IMG/VR virus record: IMGVR_UViG_3300029181_000008
Location: 1-41,672 of that record
Reading direction: 5' to 3' (one strand)
Source: a virus
Length of the DNA stretch: 41,672 nucleotides
Each line of letters begins with the position of its first letter. Position 1 is the stretch's first letter. The translations under genes were made by a program, and so were the position numbers. The notes under the pieces were generated by a model that worked only from the letters and a program-made list of their open reading frames with translations, was not told where the DNA came from and made no database searches. This document shows, piece by piece, positions 21,639 through 30,225 of this stretch.

Positions 21639-21973
21639 AATTTGAGAAAATCAAAATAGAGACCTACTACAGATGCCCGATTTGTGGAGAAAATTCTACT
21701 AATCGAGCAAAAATAGAAATGCATTTTCGCGAAGCTCATCAAGTTAGAGTTGACAAATTTGTTTGCTGCGGCATTTGTGGAGAGGGTTGGAACACAAAAA
21801 GATTCGGTGAAGAAGGAGCTAGAAAATTAGCGGAGCAGCACTACCAAAGTCACATTGATGATGGTAGTGCAGATGCTACAGCCAGAAGTGCTTATTTTCT
21901 TTCACATGGCTATTGGGGCTATGCGAAAAGTATAAAAGGAGGGCGTGAGGATGGAGAAGGTGAAAAAGATTAA
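21635..21973 (+). CDS. Zinc-finger protein
   Basis: CPICGE...H..AH plus CCGICGE. ATGA overlap. Internal ATG of ORF 21596..21973. Confidence 0.6.
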   Translation: MKFEKIKIETYYRCPICGENSTNRAKIEMHFREAHQVRVDKFVCCGICGEGWNTKRFGEEGARKLAEQHYQSHIDDGSADATARSAYFLSHGYWGYAKSIKGGREDGEGEKD

Positions 21974-21985
21974 GCAGAAATAGCA

Positions 21986-22171
21986 ATGCTGCCAGTAGAA
22001 GGGCTGCAAAACATGACGAAAAATGAGGATTTGGTATATATGCGCAGATACGAGAAACCAGAGCGCATTTTAAATTCGCTCCAAGAGTGCAAAGAAAAAA
22101 TTATGAAGCTGTTGGGAGAAGATAAAAAGGAATTGCCAGAAGGGCAGTTATCAATATTTGATTTTATGTAG
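21986..22171 (+). CDS. Hypothetical small protein (alternative start 22013)
   Basis: 61-aa ORF. The RBS context is weak at both candidate starts. Confidence 0.45.
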   Translation: MLPVEGLQNMTKNEDLVYMRRYEKPERILNSLQECKEKIMKLLGEDKKELPEGQLSIFDFM

Positions 22172-22180
22172 GAGGAAGAA

Positions 22181-22360
22181 ATGAAAAATAGCCATGATGA
22201 TGCAAAATTAAATAGCTTAATGGGGGAGAATGTAAGGGTAACATTTTTTAATGGTATACAGTCAACAGGAAAGCTTGAACGCGATTTTGACGGGAAATAC
22301 AGAGTTGATAACTGGCGCTTTTACAAAAGCCATATCAAGAAAATAGAGGTAATCAAATGA
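22181..22360 (+). CDS. Hypothetical small beta-rich protein
   Basis: 59-aa ORF (MKNSHDDAKLNSLMGENVRVTFFNGIQSTGKLERDFDGKYRVDNWRFYKSHIKKIEVIK), below the track cutoff. AGGAGGA RBS and an ATGA overlap downstream. Confidence 0.55.
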   Translation: MKNSHDDAKLNSLMGENVRVTFFNGIQSTGKLERDFDGKYRVDNWRFYKSHIKKIEVIK

Positions 22361-22647
22361 GAGGAGCAGCAAGTTATATTGACTATGAGGCGGAAAAATT
22401 CCCGATCAGACCAGAAGAGATTAAGACATTCAAGGACAGCCTGAGAGTGGGAAGTATGTTGAAGATCACGAAGAAGAAGCCGATTTACATTGCAGGAAGC
22501 GTTGTAAGCTATGAGTTTAGAAGCAGAATCTACGTGGTAACGGCAAAATATCCAAATGTGGTGCGTCTGGAAACGTGGAAGCACGGCAAGGCGAAGAAAA
22601 TCACGATGGATTACACAAAGCTGTATATACTAGCGAGTTTGGAGTAG
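22357..22647 (+). CDS. Hypothetical protein
   Basis: 96-aa ORF translationally coupled to the upstream gene. Confidence 0.55.
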   Translation: MRGAASYIDYEAEKFPIRPEEIKTFKDSLRVGSMLKITKKKPIYIAGSVVSYEFRSRIYVVTAKYPNVVRLETWKHGKAKKITMDYTKLYILASLE

Positions 22648-22650
22648 AGA

Positions 22651-22959
22651 ATGAAAAGCATCTTACAAAATGCAAAGGAGTGCTACATTTGCCGAGAACT
22701 GGTAGGGGCAGAAATGTCCCTGCCAGACACAGGGCTTGAAATGCACCACATCTTCGGAGGGACGGCAAACAGAAAGCTATCCGAGAAGTATGGCTTAAAG
22801 GTTTGGCTGTGCCATAGCCACCACAACGAGCCGCCCTGCGGTGTGCATTTCTGTAAAGAGGCAGCGGAAAAGCTGCATGAGGAAGGGCAAAAGGCATTTG
22901 AAAGAAAATATCCCAATGATGATTTTAAAACGATTTTTGGGAAGAATTACAGGAGGTAA
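22651..22959 (+). CDS. Zinc-binding HNH/NinG-Rap-like nuclease (possible junction-resolving enzyme)
   Basis: CYIC...LEMHHIFGG..NR...LCHSHHN...GVH has a Cys/His layout typical of small phage HNH-type or NinG-like proteins. Confidence 0.5.
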   Translation: MKSILQNAKECYICRELVGAEMSLPDTGLEMHHIFGGTANRKLSEKYGLKVWLCHSHHNEPPCGVHFCKEAAEKLHEEGQKAFERKYPNDDFKTIFGKNYRR

Positions 22960-22962
22960 GAA

Positions 22963-23931
22963 ATGGCAGAAAGTGAGTGGAATCCAAAAATTGGAGACAA
23001 GGTATATTGTGTATGTGAGTACTACACAAGCGATTACACGATGAGATATAAGGGACTGGAAGGTTTTAGAAATTACGGACTTGAGGTAGTGGAGAGCATT
23101 GTAAAATCTCCGTACAAGTGGAAAAGTGGTGGGCTAGGCTGCGTATCTGTGTGCTTGCACAGAGAGGTGGGTGACAATGCCAATAACTTATTCTATTGGA
23201 AAAAGAGCGACCTAGGTGCAAGATTATTTGCTACACGCGAGGAAGCCGCGGCTGTAGCAGATGTTCGTGCTCACAACATGGACTTGGGACTGTGGGGGAA
23301 GAAGTACGAGAACCGCCCCATGTACAAGAACTGGTTGCACTGGGAAAAACCAGAAATGCGGAAAAATGGAGCAGAAGCCACAAAATCTCCAGAAAATGGA
23401 GCAAAGACCAGGGAGCGCACAAAGAGAAAATCAAAGCAGGTATTTAAACGCAAGGCAGAGCTACCAGAAGAAATCTATACACAGTGGAGAGATGGAAAGC
23501 TTACAACCGCAGAAGGGGCAAAGATAATCGGGGTAGCAGCAGTAACTTTTGAAAAGTACGCATACGAGCAGATAAAAGCCAGAGGAGAAAAGCACACAGG
23601 ATATTCCAGAAACAGAAAGAAACTTGAAATTGAAAATTTTGAAGAAAATTATCAGAAATGGAGAGACGGCAAGTTAAGCGGAGTAGATGCTGCTGAGAGA
23701 TGTAAGGTATCACAGGCAACATTTACAAAATATGCAAATGAGCAGCTTAAAGCCAGAGGAGAAAGTAAAAAAAGCTCTCCACATTGCCCTCTTCCAGATA
23801 ATTTTTATGAAATTTTCGCAAAAGTGGATAGCGGGAGAATCCCGATAGCAGAAGGTGCAAGGCAGTGCAATATGCCGTATCGCAGATTTTTATATCAGGT
23901 GGAACGGGTACGGAAGGAAAAGAAAAACTGA
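22963..23931 (+). CDS. Protein with three tandem HTH-like repeats in its C-terminal half
   Basis: Repeats: YTQWRDGKLTTAEGAKIIGVAAVTFEKYAYEQIKARGE / YQKWRDGKLSGVDAAERCKVSQATFTKYANEQLKARGE / FAKVDSGRIPIAEGARQCNMPYRRFLYQVERVR. Confidence 0.7.
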   Translation: MAESEWNPKIGDKVYCVCEYYTSDYTMRYKGLEGFRNYGLEVVESIVKSPYKWKSGGLGCVSVCLHREVGDNANNLFYWKKSDLGARLFATREEAAAVADVRAHNMDLGLWGKKYENRPMYKNWLHWEKPEMRKNGAEATKSPENGAKTRERTKRKSKQVFKRKAELPEEIYTQWRDGKLTTAEGAKIIGVAAVTFEKYAYEQIKARGEKHTGYSRNRKKLEIENFEENYQKWRDGKLSGVDAAERCKVSQATFTKYANEQLKARGESKKSSPHCPLPDNFYEIFAKVDSGRIPIAEGARQCNMPYRRFLYQVERVRKEKKN

Positions 23932-23944
23932 AGGAGGATTAAAC

Positions 23945-24037
23945 ATGGAAATTGCAGTATTTGTAGCAGGAGTATTTACAGGAATCATTGTAACTATCGT
24001 TTTTGCATTGTGTGCAGCAGGTGGTGATGATGATTGA
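23945..24037 (+). CDS. 30-aa single-TM peptide
   Basis: AAGGAGGA RBS. MEIAVFVAGVFTGIIVTIVFALCAAGGDDD. Confidence 0.45.
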   Translation: MEIAVFVAGVFTGIIVTIVFALCAAGGDDD

Positions 24038-24336
24038 ACACATCACGCTATAAGAACTGGTGGTACAACATAGTACTGGGAATGATTAACCACTATGCAA
24101 GGGCTACACCCAATACGCGACAAGGAAAATTGATAGAAAAGGCAATGGAGCAGGCTGTAAAAGAAACTGCAATAAAGCATGGGAATTACAGAGATAGGCT
24201 GCAAGCTATAGAGCTGCTATTCTTCGAGGGCTACAGCGTGCCTAAGGTATCAATGATATTAAGCTTCTCGGAGCGCACAATTCAGCGGTGGAAAATAGAT
24301 TTTGTAAACTCCGTTGGAAAAAATGCAGGTTTCTAA
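24034..24336 (+). CDS. RinA/ArpU-like (sigma region-4-like) late transcription activator
   Basis: C-terminal HTH GYSVPKVSMILSFSERTIQRWKIDFVNSVG. Positioned directly before terS. TTG start overlaps the upstream TGA. Confidence 0.6.
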   Translation: MNTSRYKNWWYNIVLGMINHYARATPNTRQGKLIEKAMEQAVKETAIKHGNYRDRLQAIELLFFEGYSVPKVSMILSFSERTIQRWKIDFVNSVGKNAGF

Positions 24337-24373
24337 AAGTTGGCACAACATCAATCAAAATTAGTTCTACAAT
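24336..24373 (+). promoter_or_regulatory. Late promoter element 1 (conserved 25-mer plus TACAAT)
   Basis: AAAGTTGGCACAACATCAATCAAAA (24336-24360) is identical to 29511-29535. A TAnnnT hexamer follows 7 nt later in both copies. Confidence 0.6.
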
Positions 24374-24496
24374 ATGGGAGTACGGAGAAAGCTGTTGACG
24401 ACTCTATACACCTCCTATAAGCCACAGGCGGTAAAAGTGGCTGAGTTGATACACTCCCCCAGTGCAATTCTGGTTCGCCACACCCTCAGGGTGCAT

Positions 24497-24522
24497 AGCC
24501 GTCTGGAAAGGCGGCTTTTCTT
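24497..24522 (+). terminator. Terminator-like hairpin in the terS leader (possible attenuator)
   Basis: agccgtc-tggaaa-ggcggct (7 bp, one G-U pair) followed by TTTCTT. Lies 25 nt upstream of the terS start. Confidence 0.4.
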
Positions 24523-24547
24523 GATATACGGAAAGCAGGTGAACAAA

Positions 24548-25477
24548 TTGGCAAGAGCACCAGATGCAAGGATTGATCAGGCGAAGAAATTGTATTTGCA
24601 GGGTAAGAAATTAACCGAGATTGCAAGTCAGTTGGGCTTGCCAGAAGGAACGGTTAGACGATGGAAAAGCACTTACAAGTGGGATAAGGGAGGCACCGAG
24701 CGTTCGGAAAAGAAAAGCGAACGTTCGCTAAAAAATAACGAGCGTTCGGATAAAAAGAAAACCCTAAAGGAAAGAACTGTAAATGCTGATGTTGAGTCTG
24801 TGAACAAAAATGCAGAATTGACAGAGAAACAGCGGCTTTTCTGCATGTTTTACGTCCGCTGTTTTAATGCAACAAAAGCCTATCAGAAAGCCTATGAATG
24901 CAGTTATGAATCAGCTAACGTAGAAGGTTATAAGACCCTAGTAAAACCTAGTATCCAAAACGAGATTCAACGATTGAAGCAGTCCCGATTGAATCGGGAG
25001 CTTTTAGATGAATCCGACATCTTTCAGAAATATATGGATATTGCATTTTCTGATATCACCGATTATCTAACCTTTGGAACGGAGGAAGTTCCAGTAATAG
25101 GGGCATCTGGACTGGTAGAAGTAAAAGACCCCGACACAGGAGAGAAAAAACCACTTACCAAGATTGTTAATGTCGTTCGTTTTAAGCCCTCTGCCGAGAT
25201 AGACGGAACTATTCTTGCAGAAGTTAAGCAGGGAAAAGATGGGGCAAGTATCAAGCTAGCTGACCGTATGAAAGCACTTGATTGGCTAGCAGCGCATATG
25301 GACTTAGCTACAGCCGAGCAAAAGGCAAAGATAGCACAGATCAACGCACAAACCGAGCGGCTAAAGCAGGATAACGAGCAGGAGGGGCTTGCTGATGACG
25401 GATTCCTGCAAGCACTTGAAGGTAATGCCGCTGCGGATTGGGAGGGCTGGACAGATGAGCCTAGTGAAGAAAGTTAA
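24548..25477 (+). CDS. terS: Terminase small subunit
   Basis: TTG start after an AGGTGA RBS gives (M)ARAPDARIDQAKKLYLQGKKLTEIASQLGLPEGTVRRWKS (N-terminal HTH), then LTEKQRLFCMFYV...NATKAY (Terminase_2-like). Confidence 0.85.
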   Translation: MARAPDARIDQAKKLYLQGKKLTEIASQLGLPEGTVRRWKSTYKWDKGGTERSEKKSERSLKNNERSDKKKTLKERTVNADVESVNKNAELTEKQRLFCMFYVRCFNATKAYQKAYECSYESANVEGYKTLVKPSIQNEIQRLKQSRLNRELLDESDIFQKYMDIAFSDITDYLTFGTEEVPVIGASGLVEVKDPDTGEKKPLTKIVNVVRFKPSAEIDGTILAEVKQGKDGASIKLADRMKALDWLAAHMDLATAEQKAKIAQINAQTERLKQDNEQEGLADDGFLQALEGNAAADWEGWTDEPSEES

Positions 25478-26765
25478 ACAGTTTTTTCATTTTAAACCAT
25501 TCTCTCCAAAGCAACGTAAGGTGCTTAATTGGTGGTGCGATACATCACCAGTAAAAGATATGGAGGGCATCATTGCAGATGGTGCTATTCGATCAGGCAA
25601 AACACTGAGTATGTCACTAGCCTTTGTATTTTGGGCTATGACTACCTTCGAAAATCAGAATTTTGCAATGTGTGGTAAAACCATTGGATCATTTCGCCGC
25701 AACGTTCTTTTTTGGCTAAAGCTGATGCTAAGAGCCAGAGGCTATAAAGTAGAAGATCATCGAGCTGACAATCTGATTGTTATATCGAGAGGAGAAACGG
25801 AGAACTATTTTTATGTCTTTGGCGGCAAGGATGAGCGATCACAAGATTTGATACAGGGTATCACGCTTGCAGGTGTATTTTTTGATGAAGTGGCTCTTAT
25901 GCCTGAGAGCTTCGTTAACCAAGCGACAGGACGATGCTCAGTAAACGGCTCAAAATTCTGGTTTAACTGCAATCCTGATTCACCTTCGCACTGGTTCAAG
26001 GTAAATTGGATAGACAAGCGCAAGGAAAAGAAACTGATTTACCTGCACTTCACCATGGACGACAACCTTTCACTCTCGGAAGAGATCAAAGAACGATATC
26101 GCAGCATGTACGTGGGAGTGTTCTATAAGCGTTATATTCTCGGACTCTGGTGCATAGCTGAGGGACTTGTATATGATATGTTTTCGAAAGAAGAGAACGT
26201 GTTGAAAGAAGAACCTGACACAATCGGAGATTATTACGTTTCTTCTGACTTTGGTATTCAAAACGCAACGACTTTTCTGCTCTGGCGCAGAATTGCAGGG
26301 ACAGACGATTGGCTATGCCTGAAAGAATACTACTACAGTGGGCGAGAGAAGAGTCAACAAAAGACAGTGGGACAGCTTGTAGACGGACTTGCGGAAATGC
26401 TAAATGGAATCAAGCCAAAGCAGGTAATCATTGACCCCTCTGCTGCTGCGCTGAAAGTAGAGGTAAGAAACCGAGGGCTGCATGTAAAGGATGCGGATAA
26501 CGATGTAACGAATGGAATTTCAGACGTTTCAACCATGCTGCAAACTAGGCGATTAAAGTTTATGGCTTGCTGCAAATACACCATAAAAGAGTTTGGGGCT
26601 TACGTGTGGGATCAGAAAGCCCTAGACCGAGGAGAGGAGAAAGTGGACAAGGAAAGCGATCATTGCATGGATGCAGTACGATATTTTGTAAGAACCAAGA
26701 GATTGATAAAAAAGACAAGAGCCGCACTTGATGCAGCAGTAGCAAGCGGCAATTACATGCTGTAA
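25455..26765 (+). CDS. terL: Terminase large subunit (PBSX/Terminase_3-like)
   Basis: Walker A-like DGAIRSGKTLS, Walker B-like VFFDEV, and a nuclease region with a C-terminal DHCMDAVRY. GGAGGG RBS before ATG 25455. Confidence 0.92.
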   Translation: MSLVKKVKQFFHFKPFSPKQRKVLNWWCDTSPVKDMEGIIADGAIRSGKTLSMSLAFVFWAMTTFENQNFAMCGKTIGSFRRNVLFWLKLMLRARGYKVEDHRADNLIVISRGETENYFYVFGGKDERSQDLIQGITLAGVFFDEVALMPESFVNQATGRCSVNGSKFWFNCNPDSPSHWFKVNWIDKRKEKKLIYLHFTMDDNLSLSEEIKERYRSMYVGVFYKRYILGLWCIAEGLVYDMFSKEENVLKEEPDTIGDYYVSSDFGIQNATTFLLWRRIAGTDDWLCLKEYYYSGREKSQQKTVGQLVDGLAEMLNGIKPKQVIIDPSAAALKVEVRNRGLHVKDADNDVTNGISDVSTMLQTRRLKFMACCKYTIKEFGAYVWDQKALDRGEEKVDKESDHCMDAVRYFVRTKRLIKKTRAALDAAVASGNYML

Positions 26766-26774
26766 GGAGGACAT

Positions 26775-28169
26775 ATGCTAACTTATCAAGATTTGCTTGC
26801 TGTTGGGGTAAGCGATGAGGCTAGAGGAGCTTTTTGCCGTGATGCTGTAGACAGCTTCAAATGCTCACGAGAATATGCGGAAGCACAGGACGGAGAAAGG
26901 TACTTTGCAAAGCACAACACGACTATCGAGAAATTTCAGAAAATGCTGTATACCTTGAGTGGGAAACAGGTAGCTGACGTTTTTTCGTCCAATTTTAAAA
27001 CAAAGACACTGGCCTTCCGCAGGCTGTGCCAACAACAGGTGCAGTACGTGCTAGGAAATGGACTCAAACTGGAAAAGCCAGAGAATAAGGCAAAGTTGGG
27101 AAAAAACTTCGATTTCAAATTACAGCTTGCGGCAAAAAGAGCAATGGCAGGTGGAAGAGGCTTTGGATTTTGGAATGTGGATCATCTGGAAGTGTTCGGT
27201 TATGCTGACACACCGTCAAAGCCAGGTTTCTGCCCACTGTATAGCGAAGAAACTTCGCAGCTTATGGCAGGTATAAGGTATTGGTGCAGGGTAGTTGGAG
27301 ACGATATTGTTTTCAAGTGTACTTTGTATGAGCCTGATGGCTATACAGATTTTCAACAAGTCAACCGTGAGCCTGTTAAGGTAGTAAACCCAAAGAGGGG
27401 ATATATCAAAACGATCACTAAGACGGCTGTAGGAGTAGACGATGAAATAGAGAGCAACTATGCAGGGCTGCCAATTATCCCACTGTATGCCAATGACGAG
27501 CACGAAAGTGAGTTGGTTGGTATCAGAGAAAGCATTGATTGCTACGACTATGTCAAGAACGGACTTGCGAATGATATTGATGATGCGGCAGGATTCTACT
27601 GGATTCTGAAAAATGAGGGCGGTATGGACGACCCAGACCTTGCAAAGTTCATTCAACGCATGGCATCTGTAAGGGCGGCAGTAGTAGAGGATGGAACGGA
27701 AGCGGAAGCTCACACGCTAGAGGTTCCAGTAGAATCAAGGCAAGCAATGCTTGAGCTGCTGCGTAATGATCTATATGAGGATTTCCAAGCTTTGGACGTT
27801 AAGACCCTCTCAGCAGCGCCAAAAACCACTCAAGAGATAAAAGCGGCATATCAGTCACAGGATAACAAGTGTGCTGATTTTGAATATTATGTACTGGATT
27901 TCGTGCAGCAGATTCTTGAACTCGCAGGAATCAGCGACAATCCTACTTTTACTTGGAACAGAGTTGCAAACCAAAGTGAGCAGACAAACATGGTATTATC
28001 AGCCGCAAACTACCTTTCTGATGAATGCGTGATTCAGCATCTGCCATTCCTCACGCCAGAAGAGGCGATGGCAGAAATTAAAAAACGGCAGGATGAAGAA
28101 ATTAAAAGATTTTCAGCAGACGATGAAGAGGACGAGGATGACGAAGAGGAAGGGACTGATACTGAGTGA
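26775..28169 (+). CDS. Portal protein (SPP1 gp6-like)
   Basis: 464 aa, immediately after terL, with an acidic C-terminus (DDEEDEDDEEEG). Confidence 0.88.
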   Translation: MLTYQDLLAVGVSDEARGAFCRDAVDSFKCSREYAEAQDGERYFAKHNTTIEKFQKMLYTLSGKQVADVFSSNFKTKTLAFRRLCQQQVQYVLGNGLKLEKPENKAKLGKNFDFKLQLAAKRAMAGGRGFGFWNVDHLEVFGYADTPSKPGFCPLYSEETSQLMAGIRYWCRVVGDDIVFKCTLYEPDGYTDFQQVNREPVKVVNPKRGYIKTITKTAVGVDDEIESNYAGLPIIPLYANDEHESELVGIRESIDCYDYVKNGLANDIDDAAGFYWILKNEGGMDDPDLAKFIQRMASVRAAVVEDGTEAEAHTLEVPVESRQAMLELLRNDLYEDFQALDVKTLSAAPKTTQEIKAAYQSQDNKCADFEYYVLDFVQQILELAGISDNPTFTWNRVANQSEQTNMVLSAANYLSDECVIQHLPFLTPEEAMAEIKKRQDEEIKRFSADDEEDEDDEEEGTDTE

Positions 28170-29092
28170 GTAGTTACTCCGACAAATACACAGAAAAAAG
28201 GCTGAGAGAGGTAGAAAAGCGGCTACAACAGGTATATCAGGAAGCACACAAAGAGCTGAAAGAAAAGGCTACGGAGTACTTTAAAACGTTTCAATCACGC
28301 TATCTGAAAGAGTATAACGCATACATGGAAGGGAAATATACAGATGCAGAGTTCTTCCAGTGGATCAACAATCAGGTAGCACGAGGGGCGAGGTGGGAAG
28401 CTTTGAGAGATCAGATGGCAAGGCGACTCACTGATGCAAACAAATTGGCGGCTGACTATATCAACAACGTTACCCCTGAGGTGTTCCGCGAGAACTACAA
28501 CTACTCAGCCTATGAGATTGAGAAGGGAAGCGGCATAAGCTTTGATCTTCTGGACGAGGACACAATCAGGAGACTGTCTGAGGGTGAGATTGAGTTGCTA
28601 CCACCTGCAAGAGTAGATATCCCAAAGGATGAGCGATGGAATCGCCAAAAGGTGCAGAATGCAGTGCTGCAAGGTATCTTACAAGGGGATGCAGTGAGTG
28701 ATTTAGCCAAAAGGCTAGAAAACGTCACCAACATGAACCGCAGCGCAGCTATCAGCAATGCAAGGACGATGATAACAGGCGCGCAGAATGGTGGGCGGCA
28801 GGAAAGCTATAACCGTGCCTCTGCCATAGGGATTGAAATACAGAAAGAATGGATGTCGGCAAACGACAACCAAGTGAGAAATTCACACAGGCAATTAAAC
28901 GGAGTAAGGGTGAGGTATGATGAGCCTTTCCCAAACGGCTGTATGTACCCTGCTGACCCTAAAGGCAAGCCGTGCGAGGTATACGGCTGCCGCTGCACTA
29001 TGGTAGCAATCACGATACATGCAGACCAGACGAGGAGAAACGATCACAGTGTAAAAAGTTATAAGGAGTGGAAACAGAGACATGGGAAGTAG
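28166..29092 (+). CDS. Minor head protein (Mu F / SPP1 gp7-like)
   Basis: ARTMITGAQNGGRQESY...WMSANDNQVRNSHRQLNG...C..YGCRC matches the Mu-F-like signature. Confidence 0.85.
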   Translation: MSSYSDKYTEKRLREVEKRLQQVYQEAHKELKEKATEYFKTFQSRYLKEYNAYMEGKYTDAEFFQWINNQVARGARWEALRDQMARRLTDANKLAADYINNVTPEVFRENYNYSAYEIEKGSGISFDLLDEDTIRRLSEGEIELLPPARVDIPKDERWNRQKVQNAVLQGILQGDAVSDLAKRLENVTNMNRSAAISNARTMITGAQNGGRQESYNRASAIGIEIQKEWMSANDNQVRNSHRQLNGVRVRYDEPFPNGCMYPADPKGKPCEVYGCRCTMVAITIHADQTRRNDHSVKSYKEWKQRHGK

Positions 29093-29483
29093 CATAAGAA
29101 TTGAGATTGATAATACTGATGCTGTTATCCGTGCCAGTCGCGATCAGATCAAAAAAGCACTAGAGGAGTGCGGACTGACAGCGGAACGATATGCCAAAGA
29201 GAAATGCCCTGTAGACACTGGAAACCTACGCAATAGCATCACACACCAGATGGACGGAGATAACAAGGTGCTGATAGGCTCTAATACTTCTTATGCCGCG
29301 TATGTTGAGTGCGGCACCGGAAAGTATGCTGACGGTGGAAGAAAAACCTCGTGGGTATACGAGGATAGCAAGGGCAACTGGCATATGACGAATGGGCAGA
29401 AAGCGCGACCATATCTAAAACCTGCGCTTGCAAATCATACAGATGAGTATGCGAAGATCATACGAGAGAATTTGGAGGGTTAA
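29082..29483 (+). CDS. HK97 gp10-like neck/tail-completion protein
   Basis: AKEKCPVDTGNLRNSI...SNTSYAAYVECGTG...ARPYLKPA. Confidence 0.75.
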   Translation: MGSSIRIEIDNTDAVIRASRDQIKKALEECGLTAERYAKEKCPVDTGNLRNSITHQMDGDNKVLIGSNTSYAAYVECGTGKYADGGRKTSWVYEDSKGNWHMTNGQKARPYLKPALANHTDEYAKIIRENLEG

Positions 29484-29500
29484 CGCCCTCCTTTTTCTTT
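29474..29500 (+). terminator. Rho-independent terminator ending the packaging operon
   Basis: ggaggg(t)-taac-(g)ccctcc followed by TTTTTCTTTT. Confidence 0.75.
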
Positions 29501-29510
29501 TGCCATTTTG

Positions 29511-29548
29511 AAAGTTGGCACAACATCAATCAAAAATCATGGTAGGGT
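29511..29548 (+). promoter_or_regulatory. Late promoter element 2 (conserved 25-mer plus TAGGGT)
   Basis: Exact copy of the 25-mer at 24336-24360. Lies upstream of the scaffold/capsid genes. Confidence 0.6.
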
Positions 29549-29627
29549 GTAGCCACTGTAAAGAATAACAGTCGCAATACGGCTATAGCGCGAGAATGCG
29601 CCCCAAAGAATAGGAGAAGAAATAGCA

Positions 29628-30215
29628 ATGGGTTTAAAGAAATCAGATATTAGAGCAGTGCTTAAAAACGAGAATGCAACAGATGAGGAGAAGATTGGAG
29701 AAATCCTCGATCTTCTGCACGTGGAAACCGACCAGTTAAAGGCTGAGTTAGATGATGCAAAGGACAGTGCAAAGAACAAGGCTGGCGAGTGGGAAATCAA
29801 GGCGAAGGAGTGGGAAAACAAGTACAACTCCGAACATACGGCATTTGAGGACTATAAGGCTAATGAGACTAAGGCACAGGAAACAAAGGCGAAAGAAAAC
29901 GCTTACAAAGAGTTGCTTACAAGTGCAGGAGTATCAAATAAGTTGGTTGATCTGGTGGTTAAGGCAAGCGCCAAGGAAATTGAAGCATTAACCTTGAAAG
30001 ATGGCAAGATTGAGGGAGCTGAGGAGCTTACCAAGAGCATCAAGGAAAACTACAAGGACTACATTACAACCACAGAGCAGCGAGGAGCAGATACCCAGAA
30101 TCCACCTGATAATGGCGGTGGGTCAGCGTTTGAGAAAATGTCTCTTAGTGAAAAGATGGAGTACGCAAATGCACATCCTGATGCGCCAGACGTTAAAGCA
30201 TGGCTCGGAAAGTAA
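29628..30215 (+). CDS. Scaffolding protein (GP20-like)
   Basis: Charged coiled-coil protein directly upstream of the major capsid gene. Confidence 0.8.
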   Translation: MGLKKSDIRAVLKNENATDEEKIGEILDLLHVETDQLKAELDDAKDSAKNKAGEWEIKAKEWENKYNSEHTAFEDYKANETKAQETKAKENAYKELLTSAGVSNKLVDLVVKASAKEIEALTLKDGKIEGAEELTKSIKENYKDYITTTEQRGADTQNPPDNGGGSAFEKMSLSEKMEYANAHPDAPDVKAWLGK

Positions 30216-30225
30216 GAGGTAAAAT

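Noticed and set aside
24340-24356. TTGGCAC within the late 25-mer resembles the -24 element of sigma-54 promoters.
   Set aside because: The -12 element (TTGC about 4-5 nt after GGCAC) is absent; the sequence there is AACATCAAT. No sigma-54 activator (EBP) is encoded. An activator-dependent late promoter is the better reading.
24374-24547. ATG-initiated 58-codon N-terminal extension of terS (the ORF track starts at 24374).
   Set aside because: ATG 24374 has no Shine-Dalgarno sequence, and the extension has no terS-like sequence. TTG 24548 has an AGGTGA RBS and yields the typical MARAP... terminase small-subunit N-terminus.
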